Source of the DNA: Candidatus Krumholzibacteriota bacterium
GTDB taxonomy: Bacteria > Krumholzibacteriota > Krumholzibacteriia > Krumholzibacteriales > Krumholzibacteriaceae
Direction of reading: 5' to 3'
Length of the DNA stretch: 64,000 bases
Assembly: GCA_041309605.1 (NCBI GenBank)
Contig: JBFYZH010000115.1
Location: 5,824-69,823 of the forward strand
Positions 8,224-18,053 of the stretch are shown here, one piece after another; position 1 is the first letter of the stretch; every line of letters starts with the position of its first letter. Position numbers and translations under genes: made by a program. The notes beneath the pieces were generated by a model. The model worked only from the letters and a program-made list of their open reading frames with translations, did no database searches and was not told the DNA's origin.

Positions 8224-10341
8224 ATGGCACCCATGAAAAAGCTGGTCATGTTGTCCGCAGCGATACTATTCGTCCTTCTGCCCGCGTCGTCGATGGCCGA
8301 ACAGCCGTTGTTCGGGCCGGTCACGATCAATTCGTCGTTTTCGAATCCATTCACGCTGTGCGCGGCGGATTTCGACGGCGACGGGCACGTCGACCTCGCG
8401 ACCGGCCTGTATTACAATTTAGAGGTGGGGATCCTGTTCAACGACGGCGAAGGAGGATTCGCCGACCTCCTGAGGATCTCGGATGCGTCGGGCGGAGCGC
8501 AGGCAGTAAGTTCGGCCGACTTCGACCGCGACGGCGACCAGGACCTTCTCCTCGTGTACCCGAATCTGGATGCCGTCGGCGTCATGTTCAACTCCGGCGG
8601 CCGGTCCTTTACGGTCGCATATTCATTTTCGGCCGGTGATTCTCCGAGGTCGGTCTGCGTCGCCGATTTCAACCTCGACGGCGCTCCGGACGTGGCCGCC
8701 GCCAACTACAGTTCGAACGACGTCTCCATACTGCTCAACAACGGGGCGGGTTCGTTCGATGCGGCGGTCGACTATGCCGGCGGGTCGGGCGCCCAGGGGA
8801 TCGCCGTCTCCGATCTCGACGGCGACAACGATCAGGATCTCGTCGTGGCCAATTTCATGAGCAACTCGTATTCGGTTCTTCTTAACGACGGAGACGGGAC
8901 CTTCGCCGGACAGGTCCTCTGCGAAGCCGGCGGCAGCCAGTACGGCGTCGCGGCGGCGGATCTCGACCTCGACGGCGATTGCGACCTCGCCTTTGCGATG
9001 GGCGAACTGAACGGCGCGGCGATATGCCTTAACAACGGGGACGGCACCTTCGCGGCCGCGGTCATGTATTCCTCGGGGAGTTATCCGTATTCGCTCGAGG
9101 CGGCCGACTTGGACGGCGACGGTCATTGCGATCTCGCGGTTCCGAACACGGCCACGGCCGATCTTTCCATACTGCTCAACGACGGCGATGGCACATTCGG
9201 ATTTCCCACAAAACATTCCGTCGGGATGAATCCGAGGGGGGTCGCTGCGGCGGACTTCGACGGCGACGGCGACAGGGACGTGGCCGTCGCGAACAGGAAC
9301 TCCAATTTCATATCGAAGATGTTCAACCTTTCGACTCCCGGGATCCAGGCTGTGCGCGACATCCCGGGCGACCAGGGCGGAAAGGTCTACCTGTCGTGGT
9401 CAGGCGCGCTGGCCGACGTCAACATGACGGGCGACGTGACGCGTTATTCGATATGGCGGGCGATCAGCCCCGAGGCGGCGATAGCCCGGATGGAGGCCGC
9501 GATGCCCCGAACCGGCGGCGATTTCGACCCGGTGAGGATGGATCTATCGGCATCCGGTACCCAATACTGGGAACTCGTCGAACTGATCGACGCGTACGGC
9601 ATGGAAGGGTACGGAAGGTCGGTCGCGACATATTTCGATTCGACGGCCGACTGTTCGGAGTACCATTACTTCCAGGTGATAGCGCACACGGCCGAGCCGG
9701 CAGTCTTCTGGAAAACCCCTCCCGACAGCGGGTATTCGGTCGACAACCTGTCGCCTTCGTTCCCGCCCGATCTTCAGGGCGTGCCGAGCGCCGATCCCGA
9801 GGGACTTCTGCTGAGCTGGAAACCGGGCGGCGAGGCCGACCTGGATCATTACGCAATATACAGGGGGACGGACCTTCGGTTCGACACCGGCGGTGGCAGC
9901 CTCGTTGCCGCCGTCTCCGATACGCTCTACTTCGACGGCGGCTGGAGAAGCGGCGCGGGCTATTATTACAAGGTGCGCGCCGTCGACACGCACGGCAATC
10001 AAGGCCCCTTCAGCCTGCTCAGGCCCGAGGACGTCGCCGGTTCCGATATCGACGGGATCCCGCAGGCGGCATTCCTGTACCAGAACTATCCGAACCCGTT
10101 CAACCCGGTCACGAGGGTCGTCTTCGGGCTTGACCGGCCGGAGAATGTGAACATTTCGATATACGATCCGGCGGGGCGGCTCGTGCGCGTTCTATTCGAC
10201 GGGCACAAGGGCGCGGGAAGGCATGAAATGATCTGGGACGGCCGAACAGGTTCCGGCCGCGCCGTCGCGAGCGGCGTTTATTTATACAGGCTCGTCGCTG
10301 GAACCTTTGAAGAGACCAGAAAAATGGTTCTTCTGAAATAG
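8224..10341 (+). CDS. Secreted FG-GAP (integrin-alpha-like) repeat protein with FN3-like region and T9SS/FlgD-Ig C-terminal domain
   Basis: About 9 repeats of 'xADFDGDGxxDLxxxN'. Signal peptide. C-terminal 'FLYQNYPNPFNPVTRVVFGL...ISIYDPAGRLV...WDGRTGSGRAVASGVYLYRLVAG'. RBS AAGGAG before ATG. Confidence 0.8.
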   Translation: MAPMKKLVMLSAAILFVLLPASSMAEQPLFGPVTINSSFSNPFTLCAADFDGDGHVDLATGLYYNLEVGILFNDGEGGFADLLRISDASGGAQAVSSADFDRDGDQDLLLVYPNLDAVGVMFNSGGRSFTVAYSFSAGDSPRSVCVADFNLDGAPDVAAANYSSNDVSILLNNGAGSFDAAVDYAGGSGAQGIAVSDLDGDNDQDLVVANFMSNSYSVLLNDGDGTFAGQVLCEAGGSQYGVAAADLDLDGDCDLAFAMGELNGAAICLNNGDGTFAAAVMYSSGSYPYSLEAADLDGDGHCDLAVPNTATADLSILLNDGDGTFGFPTKHSVGMNPRGVAAADFDGDGDRDVAVANRNSNFISKMFNLSTPGIQAVRDIPGDQGGKVYLSWSGALADVNMTGDVTRYSIWRAISPEAAIARMEAAMPRTGGDFDPVRMDLSASGTQYWELVELIDAYGMEGYGRSVATYFDSTADCSEYHYFQVIAHTAEPAVFWKTPPDSGYSVDNLSPSFPPDLQGVPSADPEGLLLSWKPGGEADLDHYAIYRGTDLRFDTGGGSLVAAVSDTLYFDGGWRSGAGYYYKVRAVDTHGNQGPFSLLRPEDVAGSDIDGIPQAAFLYQNYPNPFNPVTRVVFGLDRPENVNISIYDPAGRLVRVLFDGHKGAGRHEMIWDGRTGSGRAVASGVYLYRLVAGTFEETRKMVLLK

Positions 10342-10470
10342 AAGATATCGAACGGCCTACGGGCCTGTCAGGTTGCCGGTGCGGGCCGATGAAGGACGAT
10401 GGAAAATATCGAACGGCCGACGGGTCGGTCAGGCTGCCGGCGCAGGCCGATGAAGGACGATGGAGGCCGA
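10342..10470. repeat. Tandem direct repeat of about 60 bp, 2 units (about 85 % identical), immediately upstream of the repeat-protein gene
   Basis: 'atcgaacggcctacgggcctgtcaggttgccggtgcgggccgatgaaggacgatgg' is followed by 'atcgaacggccgacgggtcggtcaggctgccggcgcaggccgatgaaggacgatgg'. Confidence 0.6.
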
Positions 10471-10484
10471 AGGAGGAACTACAC

Positions 10485-11921
10485 GTGAAGAAAAGATCAA
10501 CGATCGCAATTCCGCTGACCCTGTTCATAGTATTTTACTATGCGTCATTTGCGGGGGCCGCTATTCCGAGGACGATCAACTATCAGGGTGTGTTAACCGA
10601 CGCGGGCGGGGCGGCGGTCGTCGACGGCGCGTACAATATCACGGCGAGGTTATACGCGGCGGCGTCCGGCGGGACGTCGTTGTGGGAGGAGACGCAGACC
10701 GTGGGCGTCGTCAAGTCGACCTTCTGTGTCGTTCTCGGGGCGGCGGTCGAACTGGATCTGCCTTTCGACGAGCAGTACTATCTAGGCATCTCAGTGAACG
10801 GCGGCGGCGAGCTCGCGCCGCGCACGGCGCTGACGGCGCTTCCATACAGCATGAACTCGGTCAATTCCGGGATGCTGGGCGGGAAGCCCGCCTCGCAGTT
10901 CGCCGATTCGGTCCACGCGCACGACGACCTCTACCATCTGAAAGCCGATCTTTATACGAGAGACGAACTGTACACGAGGGGCGAGTTGTATACGAGGAGC
11001 GATCTCTATACGAGGGACGAGCTGTACACTAAGGATGACCTGTTCACCAGGGACGAGCTGTATACGCAGGAGGTCCTGTATCGCAGGGACGAACTGAACC
11101 TCGCCGGAACGATCAACGACGATCTCAACCCGGTAGACTGGACAAGGCTCAGGAACGTCCCCGGCGACTTCGCCGACGGCGTCGACAACACGGGGCTCAC
11201 CTTCACCAACGCTCTCGACGCGGCCGACGGCAGTCCCGAGGATGTCGTATATGTGGACGATGACGGAAATGCCGGGGTCGGCACGATGTCGCCGGGCGCG
11301 AAGCTCGATGTGAACGGCGCCTTCATCGTGACGAACGAATCCGGTTTCATCGGAAGCCGCATATTCGTTCACGAGGAGGACGCGGGCGTGGTAAACACCT
11401 ACGGGCCGAACGGCAATCTCAACTGCTCCATCTCGGCCTATGCCGGCTACGAAAACTCGGGGTATATCTCGGTGTGCAATTCGACCGGCGCAAAGAAGGC
11501 CGCTGTCTACGTGGACGGGCCTACCGGGCAGGGCGTGATCACGGCCGACATAAAGAGCTTCAGGGTTGCCAACCCGGCTCTCGCGGGCACGGACATCTGC
11601 TACGCCTGCGTCGAGGGGCCGGAAGCGGCTGCTTACATACGCGGCACGGCGAGGCTCGCGGGCGGCGAGGCCTCCGTGGAATTCCCCAGGCATTTCGTCG
11701 ACGTTATCGTGCCCGGCGGGATGACCGTCCAGCTCACCCCGCTCAGCGCGGAGTCGCTCGGGCTCGCGGTGGTGGAAAAGGGCGTCGATCGATTCGTCGT
11801 ACGCGAACTGGGAGGCGGTACCGGCGGCTATGAATTCGATTACCTTGTGACTGCAGTGAGAAAAGGGCACGAATCGTACGAGGTCATAAGGCAGTCGCTC
11901 GACACGGGCGATCAGAGGTAG
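10485..11921 (+). CDS. Secreted protein with a run of 8-9 hexapeptide repeats ([DE]LYTR[DG]-like); tail-fibre-like N-terminal region
   Basis: GTG start 9 nt after AGGAGG. Signal peptide 'KKRSTIAIPLTLFIVFYYASFAGA'. 'AIPRTINYQGVLTDAGG...LWEETQTVGVV..FCVVLG' is followed by 'DLYHLKADLYTRDELYTRGELYTRSDLYTRDELYTKDDLFTRDELYTQEVLYRRDELN'. Confidence 0.6.
   Translation: MKKRSTIAIPLTLFIVFYYASFAGAAIPRTINYQGVLTDAGGAAVVDGAYNITARLYAAASGGTSLWEETQTVGVVKSTFCVVLGAAVELDLPFDEQYYLGISVNGGGELAPRTALTALPYSMNSVNSGMLGGKPASQFADSVHAHDDLYHLKADLYTRDELYTRGELYTRSDLYTRDELYTKDDLFTRDELYTQEVLYRRDELNLAGTINDDLNPVDWTRLRNVPGDFADGVDNTGLTFTNALDAADGSPEDVVYVDDDGNAGVGTMSPGAKLDVNGAFIVTNESGFIGSRIFVHEEDAGVVNTYGPNGNLNCSISAYAGYENSGYISVCNSTGAKKAAVYVDGPTGQGVITADIKSFRVANPALAGTDICYACVEGPEAAAYIRGTARLAGGEASVEFPRHFVDVIVPGGMTVQLTPLSAESLGLAVVEKGVDRFVVRELGGGTGGYEFDYLVTAVRKGHESYEVIRQSLDTGDQR
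10921..11094 (+). repeat. In-frame 18-bp tandem repeat, about 9 units, encoding the LYTRDE hexapeptide repeats
   Basis: Units such as gacgaactgtacacgagg / ggcgagttgtatacgagg / agcgatctctatacgagg / gacgagctgtacactaag are seen directly. Confidence 0.7.
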
Positions 11922-11929
11922 GAGCGGGG

Positions 11930-12871
11930 GTGCTCATGAGAATGGTCATTGAAGCGGTTCGTGTCACTGCGGCGTTCTTAAGGGCGGCGGCCGTCGGGGT
12001 CGTGACCGTCAGGACGGCGGTCGTCGGGGCGGCTGTCGCCGTGGCGGCGCTCATGCTTTTTTCACGCGGCGCCGGCGCGCAGTACCAGGTGCTGCACGGG
12101 TCGTTTAACAGCGGCGGAGGAGCCGCTTCGGGGAGCCATTATTCCTACCATACGACGGGGCAGGGCCCCGCAGGGGCGATGGGGGACGCTTCTTATGCGG
12201 TTGGCTCCGGATTCTGGTACGGTGCCGGGGTGTCGTCGACCGTCGATGTGACGGTTTCGTTTTTCGAAGGCGAGATCGCGGGATTCGCCGTGAAGCTGAA
12301 GTGGGATTTTTCGGCGGCGATCGTCTCGGGCGGGATCAACGTCTACAGGGCGGAGGCGGAGGCGGCGACCTCGCACCGAACACTTTCCGACGACGCCATG
12401 GATGACGTGGCGAAGGCGGGCGCGGCCGATGACGCGTTCGCAAGGCTAAACGGCGGACTTCTGCCGGCGGGCGATGCGCGCAGTTACATCGACGAGACGG
12501 CTGTCCCGGGAAGATCGTATCTTTACCGGATCGGCGTCGTCGACGGCGAAAGAGAGTCGATGTCGGCCGTCATACGGCTGTCGATCCCGCCGAGACCGAT
12601 GACCCTTTTCCAGAACTATCCCAATCCGTTCAACCCTTCGACGACGATAAGGTGTTTCCTGCCTTCCGACGGGCCGGCGAAACTCGTCATCTACGACGTC
12701 CAGGGGAGGAAAGTGGCGGTTCTTCTCGACGGGTGGGCGAAGGCCGGCAACCTGTCGGTCGTCTGGAACGGGACGAACGACCGGGGGAACAGGGTCGCGT
12801 CCGGGGTTTATTACTACAGGCTCGACGCAATGAAAAAGGTCGTCACGAAGAAACTGGTAGTGTTGAGGTGA
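11930..12871 (+). CDS. Secreted Gly/Ala-rich protein with T9SS/FlgD-Ig C-terminal domain
   Basis: N-terminal hydrophobic signal. C-terminal 'TLFQNYPNPFNPSTTIRCFLP...LVIYDVQGRKVAVLLDGW...WNGTNDRGNRVASGVYYYRL'. Confidence 0.65.
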   Translation: MLMRMVIEAVRVTAAFLRAAAVGVVTVRTAVVGAAVAVAALMLFSRGAGAQYQVLHGSFNSGGGAASGSHYSYHTTGQGPAGAMGDASYAVGSGFWYGAGVSSTVDVTVSFFEGEIAGFAVKLKWDFSAAIVSGGINVYRAEAEAATSHRTLSDDAMDDVAKAGAADDAFARLNGGLLPAGDARSYIDETAVPGRSYLYRIGVVDGERESMSAVIRLSIPPRPMTLFQNYPNPFNPSTTIRCFLPSDGPAKLVIYDVQGRKVAVLLDGWAKAGNLSVVWNGTNDRGNRVASGVYYYRLDAMKKVVTKKLVVLR

Positions 12872-12931
12872 TATCGGTGCGGGTTGAAGCACACCTAACA
12901 CCTCCTGAGGCGGGAGAATTCAAAACCCGTG

Positions 12932-14145
12932 TCACAACTTCGCCAGCGGCAAGGCGGTCACCCCTACGCCCAGGGGGAGATCGATATCACCCGGGTGGAT
13001 TACGTAACCCTTCAATACCCTCCTCACGATATCCGCTCGAAACGACCGGATCGGCGCTCCCATCGAAGGGCGCGGCGTAGCCGACGAATTGACCTCTATC
13101 GGAACAAGTTTGCCATTGTATTCGACAACGATATCCAGTTCGGACCCGGCGGATGTCTTCCAGAAATAAAGCCTGGGTTTCGAGCCGCGATGGACGAGCG
13201 TCTTGAGAATCTCCCCCAGGACGGCCGTTTCCAGAACGGGACCGCTCATCGGCCCGGCCGCCAGGCTCCCGGGGTCCCTTATTCCGGTGAGATGGCACAG
13301 GATCCCGGTATCCGAAAAATATACCCTGGGAGTTTTGACCAGCCGTTTGCCTGTGTCGGCGTGGTACGGGCGCAGGATATATACCTGGTGTGTCGCTTCC
13401 AGCACGGAAATCCAGGATTTCACCGTATTGAGGCTGACCCCTGTTTCCCTGGACAGGTCGGCGAGATTAAGGAGCCGGGTGCTGTGCGCCGCAAGGATTC
13501 GTAAAAATATCTGGAACTGCGTGAGGTCTCCCACCTGCCTGATCGAGCGGACGTCCCTCTCGAGATAGGTCTGGATATAAGACGAGTGCCATGACTGGAC
13601 GTCACGTTTCGGATCAACGGCCAGTTCGGGATAACCGCCTCGCAGGAAACGACTCCAAGCGGCCTGAAAAACCGTTCCAATCCTCTTCTTTCTTCCGCCA
13701 GTCTTCTCCCACGGCAAGCGGGCAGAAGGACAACCGTCCTCCTCGCGCCATGACAGCGGCATCAACCGGAGAACCGCCGCCCTGCCCGCCAGAGGATCGG
13801 ATATATTTCCGGAAAGAAGGATGTCCTGCGAGCCGGCGAGGAGGAATTGCCCGGCGCGGCTTCGATTCGCGTCGACAGCCTCCCTGATATACGAAAGCAG
13901 GTCTGGCGCGTGTTGGACCTCGTCGATTATTACAGGGGGTCTGTACTGATCGAGAAAGGCCCGCGGATCCTCGATGGACGCCAACCTGATGTCCGGCAAT
14001 TCGAGCGATACGTACCGGTATTCATCGCCGAAGAGACGCTTGAGAAGCGTCGTCTTGCCCGATTGTCTCGGCCCTGTCAGCACGATGACGGGGAAATCAC
14101 CTGCGGCCTTTTTCAGGACCGGTTCGAGGGATCTTTTTATGTACA
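12932..14145 (-). CDS. AAA-family ATPase with DUF4143-type C-terminal domain
   Basis: Walker A 'VIVLTGPRQSGKTTLLKRLF'. Start MYIKRS with AAGGAG RBS. C-terminal region typical of DUF4143 ATPases. Confidence 0.75.
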
Positions 14146-14349
14146 TATTGACGATTCTCCTTTTTTGCAATTATGCATTTGTAATGCATAATTGCAAATC
14201 ATTTGTCATCGTGAAAAAGCAATCATTAAGCTTTCACGGGTAACGCCTTTACAGTATCGGGGATCGCACGTAAAATCGCGCGATGGATTACCCGGCTCTT
14301 GCGGTTGACAAACCTCCCGCTTGAACATAGAATGAGCCGTGAGGCTCCG

Positions 14350-14440
14350 GGAAAGTCCATGAATGGATCCGGAAGGTCGGCGAACCGATCCGGGAAAGTC
14401 CATGAATGGATCCGGAGCTTCCGGAAAGACCCATGATTAT
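14350..14440. repeat. About 2.5 tandem copies of a ~36-bp unit (tccgggaaagtccatgaatggatccgga...) upstream of the propeller lipoprotein gene
   Basis: Unit at about 14350-14377 repeats at about 14386-14413. A degenerate third copy follows ('tccggaaagacccatgattatcc'). Confidence 0.4.
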
Positions 14441-14465
14441 CCAAGCGGGAAAGGAGCTCATTTCA

Positions 14466-16264
14466 TGAAGACGTCCTTCAACCGGGCTGCGGCGCTTCTT
14501 CTGCCGGCCGCGATGCTCGTCTTCGGCGCCACGGGCGGCTGTGATAATTCAGAGACGATCTGCGAGCCATGCGTCCGGCAGGAGCTGGCGTGGGAATCGC
14601 AGAAACCCGCGCCGTTCGGATCGATGAACTTCAGGGGCACGTTCGGAGTCGGCGGGCACATTTACATGTACGGCGATCTGGGAAGGATCGCGCATTTCGA
14701 CGGCACGGATTGGGAACTGATGCAGACGCCCACATCTTACAATCTGATAAACATGTGGGGTTCGTCCCCCGGCGATCTCTACGCGGTGAACGGCAATTAT
14801 CAGATGGTGCACTTTAACGGCACGTCATGGACGAGCCTGATTCTGCCGGCCCAGATGTACGCATATCCCAGGGCGGTGTGGGGATTGTCGGCGAGCGATG
14901 TATGGGTGCTGGGATATGGTTTCAGCGCGTACCATTACGATGGGACCGGCTGGAGCGACGAACTGCTCCCCGGTACGTACAATATGAACGAAATCTGGGG
15001 CAGTTCGGGTTCCAACGTCTACGCCGTGGGGTACAACGGCGATATCCTGCACTACAACGGTTCGTACTGGTCGGAGATCAATCACGGCCTTACCACCAAT
15101 CAACTCTACGGCATCTGGGGAAGCGGTTCGAACGATATCTGGGCGTTCGGGGACAACGGCACGCTGCTTCACTACAACGGTTCGATCTGGAGCGACCTTT
15201 CAGGCGATCCGCCGATGGGAGCGAATTTTATCTACGACGCTCAGGGCAACGCCGCCGACGACATATATTTCTGCGCGGGGAACCTGATCTACCACTACGA
15301 CGGATCGGATATTTCTCTCTTCGCGGACTGGCAGGATCTCTTCAACGGCGGGGAGGGGATCTGGGTCGAAGGCGACATTATCTATCAGTCAGGTTACTAT
15401 GGATGCATTTCGTTCTACGACGGATCGGAATGGTCGTTTGTCCAGGATGATTGCGACATTTCACTCAACGACATCTGGACCGACGGCCCGTCGAACGCGT
15501 GGGCCGTGGGCGGGATGAACACCGTTTATCGGTATGACGGAGTCGACTGGACGAAACAGCCGGCGCTCGCGATCCCCGGCGGCGATCTGAACTCGATAGA
15601 CGGCGAGGGCGGAGTGATTTACGCGTGCGGAGAGGGAGGGTCGATCGTCCGCCACAACGGAAGCGGATGGACCGATATCAGCGACGAGTCCGTCACGCAA
15701 CAGGACCTGACGGGCTGTTTTGTCACCGGGACGGAGGCCTTTTTCGTCGGGTATCAGGGCACGATCCTGCATTTCGACGGAACCACGCTCGCTGCGATGT
15801 CAAGCGGGACGACCGAATATTTCACGGCTGTATGGGGTTCGGGCGCCGACGACGTGTACGCCGCCGGACGGGACGGATCGATCCTGCATTACAACGGGAC
15901 CGCGTGGAGCGAGGTGTTCGCCAGTTCGGAAATCAGGTTCATCGATATATGGGGCTCTCCGGCAGGCCACGTCTACGCGTGCGGATCCCAGGGGGCCGTG
16001 GCTCATTGGGACGGCTCGACATGGACGATCGACAATGCGGATACCAGGGAGGAACTCCAGGGTATCTGGGGAAGCTCCGATACGGATATCTACGCCTCGG
16101 GGGGTTGGTCCATTTCTCATTTCGACGGCGAAAGGTGGACCGATCTCAACCTTTACCTGACCATCCCGGCCGGGAACATGCGTGCGATACATGGGAGCGC
16201 CGCCGACAACATCTTCGTCGCAGGCGCTTACGGTAACATCCTTCACTACGGACCGGAACGATAA
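14466..16264 (+). CDS. Secreted/lipoprotein with about 14 beta-propeller blade repeats (Ycf48/BNR-like 'GxxGxILHYNGSxWS' motif)
   Basis: Signal peptide 'MKTSFNRAAALLLPAAMLVFGATGGC'. Recurrent '..G.ILHYNGS.WS..' and 'IWG.S..D.YA.G' motifs. Confidence 0.6.
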
Positions 16265-16452
16265 TGAAGAGAATAAGAAGAATAATACTGGGTTTCGTCG
16301 GGCTGGCCTGCACGGGTTTCGCTGCGGCCATCGGAGCGTCGTCGCTGATGGAAAAGGGGGGAAGGGCGGAGGTAATGACCGTGCTCTTCACCTCCTTCGG
16401 CGCGGGCGCCGTGCTGGCGAACCTTATAAGGGACATCCGCAGTAAAAAATAG
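16264..16452 (+). CDS. Small 2-TM membrane protein (62 aa)
   Basis: Hydrophobic segments 'IILGFVGLACTGFAAAIGA' and 'VMTVLFTSFGAGAVLANLI'. ATG abuts the upstream stop. Confidence 0.35.
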   Translation: MKRIRRIILGFVGLACTGFAAAIGASSLMEKGGRAEVMTVLFTSFGAGAVLANLIRDIRSKK

Positions 16453-16502
16453 TCCTGCGGGCGGCGGACAAAGATAACGAAAACACTCGCCGCGGGCGGC
16501 CG

Positions 16503-17630
16503 ATGGAAAAAAAGAAGATCATCGTCATAACGAACGACATGGAGATCGGAGGCGTGCAGCGGATGCTCGTCGGCCTGCTGAAAGCCCTCGATCGCAAGCG
16601 GTTCGAACCGTACGTGGCGCTGGTCTGCGCCGGCGGCCCGCTGGCCGGCGAGCTTGAGAGCCTCGGCGTCGAGGTCGCGCGGTTCGACTGCATCAGGCGG
16701 ACGAGACTCGGCAAATGGATCGACCCGGTCATGGTGCTTCGCCTTGCCTTCTGGATGAGGAAGAAGCGGTTCGACGTCTGCCACACGCATCTTTTTCTCG
16801 GCAATCTCGTCGGCCGCGTCGCCGCGCTTCTCGCGCGCTGCCCGGTGATCATATCGACCGAGCACAACACCTACATAAACAAGGGGGCGGTGGCGAGGGG
16901 GATAGACCGCCTTCTCGCTCGTTCGACATGCACGATCGTCGCCGTATCCGCGGCGGTGGCCGATTTTACCAGCGCTCAGGAGTCGATCCCGAGGGGAAGG
17001 TTCACCGTGATACATAACGGAATCGACACATCCTTCTTCGATGTAATTCCAATGGACGGGCGGGCGCTGAGGGAAAGAATCGGCATTCCTCGAGATCATT
17101 TCGTCGTCGGGAGCGTCGGTCGCCTGGTGGAGCAGAAGGGGTACCCGCTTGTTCTCGAAATATTCCGGGATTTTCTGAGCGGTCACCCGCAGAGTTTCCT
17201 TGTCATCGTCGGGGACGGCGACCGGCGCGGGGATCTGGAGAAAAAGGCCGCCGATCTGAAAATCCAGGACAAGGTCTTCTTCGCGGGGTATCAGTTGGAT
17301 ATCCGGCCATGGTTGTCCATTTTCGATATCTATCTCACAACCCCTTTTCACGAAGGACTTGCCATGGTCTTTCCGGAGGCGATGGTGTCCGGTGTGCCCG
17401 TTGTCACAACGAGGTTCCCCGGCATATGCGAGGTGATCGAGGACGGGGTCACCGGCATATTGATAGACGGAAGGGCCCCCGGGCCCTACGCGGCGGCGCT
17501 TTCGTCGCTGCTGGGCGACCGGCGGAGAATGGCGGAGCTGGCCTCGCGCGCGAAAAGGCGCGCGCTCGAACGATTCACGATCGGGCGAATGGCCGGCGAA
17601 TATGAAGCACTCTACGACGGGAGGTTTTAA
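16503..17630 (+). CDS. Glycosyltransferase family 4 (GT-B)
   Basis: N-terminal 'IIVITNDMEIGGVQRML' and C-terminal 'EGLAMVFPEAMVSGVPVVTTRFPGICEVIEDGVTGILID' are typical GT4 features. Confidence 0.85.
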   Translation: MEKKKIIVITNDMEIGGVQRMLVGLLKALDRKRFEPYVALVCAGGPLAGELESLGVEVARFDCIRRTRLGKWIDPVMVLRLAFWMRKKRFDVCHTHLFLGNLVGRVAALLARCPVIISTEHNTYINKGAVARGIDRLLARSTCTIVAVSAAVADFTSAQESIPRGRFTVIHNGIDTSFFDVIPMDGRALRERIGIPRDHFVVGSVGRLVEQKGYPLVLEIFRDFLSGHPQSFLVIVGDGDRRGDLEKKAADLKIQDKVFFAGYQLDIRPWLSIFDIYLTTPFHEGLAMVFPEAMVSGVPVVTTRFPGICEVIEDGVTGILIDGRAPGPYAAALSSLLGDRRRMAELASRAKRRALERFTIGRMAGEYEALYDGRF

Positions 17631-17632
17631 AG

Positions 17633-17992
17633 ATGATTGTCAGAAGCATTATCCTGCTGCTGTCCGGCCTGATAATAGGGACGGCGGCCTCGTTCGCCGG
17701 CGTTGGCGGGGGATTTATCATCGTGCCGCTTCTGATGTTCCTCGGCTTTACGGCGCAGAACGCGGTGGGGACCTCCTTTCTCGCGATTCTCGTCATCTCC
17801 GTCACGGCCCTCATCGCGCACAACAAGCTGGCCAACGTCGATTACCGGACGGGCCTTCTAATCGGCGCGGGAGGCATGCTGGGCGTCCCGATCGGAGCCC
17901 GCCTGCTCGAGCATGTCTCGGACGCGAGCTTCAGGCGGATATTCGCCTTAGTGCTGATCGGAATTGCGGTCTACCTCTTTTTTAAAAAGTGA
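17633..17992 (+). CDS. TauE/SafE (TSUP) family membrane protein, half-size single-repeat form (119 aa)
   Basis: 'GVGGGFIIVPLLMFLGF....AVGTSFLAILVIS' motif. Four predicted TM helices. Confidence 0.55.
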   Translation: MIVRSIILLLSGLIIGTAASFAGVGGGFIIVPLLMFLGFTAQNAVGTSFLAILVISVTALIAHNKLANVDYRTGLLIGAGGMLGVPIGARLLEHVSDASFRRIFALVLIGIAVYLFFKK

Positions 17993-18053
17993 CCGGAGTT
18001 GCCCCGGCGACCGGAGCGGGCTCCGGCCGTTTTAACGACAGGGTACGGTGTGA

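Noticed and set aside
8112-8639. 175-aa plus-strand ORF overlapping the FG-GAP gene start
   Set aside because: Arg-rich. Overlaps a gene with a proper RBS, signal peptide and repeats.
12932-14145. Mobile element (ATPase as transposase/integrase helper)
   Set aside because: DUF4143 AAA ATPases are common stand-alone genes. No transposase, integrase, inverted terminal repeats or target-site duplications are visible nearby.
10342-14440. CRISPR array
   Set aside because: The tandem repeats at 10342-10470 and 14350-14440 have only 2-3 units with no unique spacers of regular length. The 18-bp repeats at 10921-11094 are in-frame coding repeats. No cas genes.
16146-17351. 401-aa minus-strand ORF
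   Set aside because: Antisense to a clear GT4 glycosyltransferase and the small membrane protein. Arg/Pro/Ala-rich with no domain. Typical high-GC antisense artefact.
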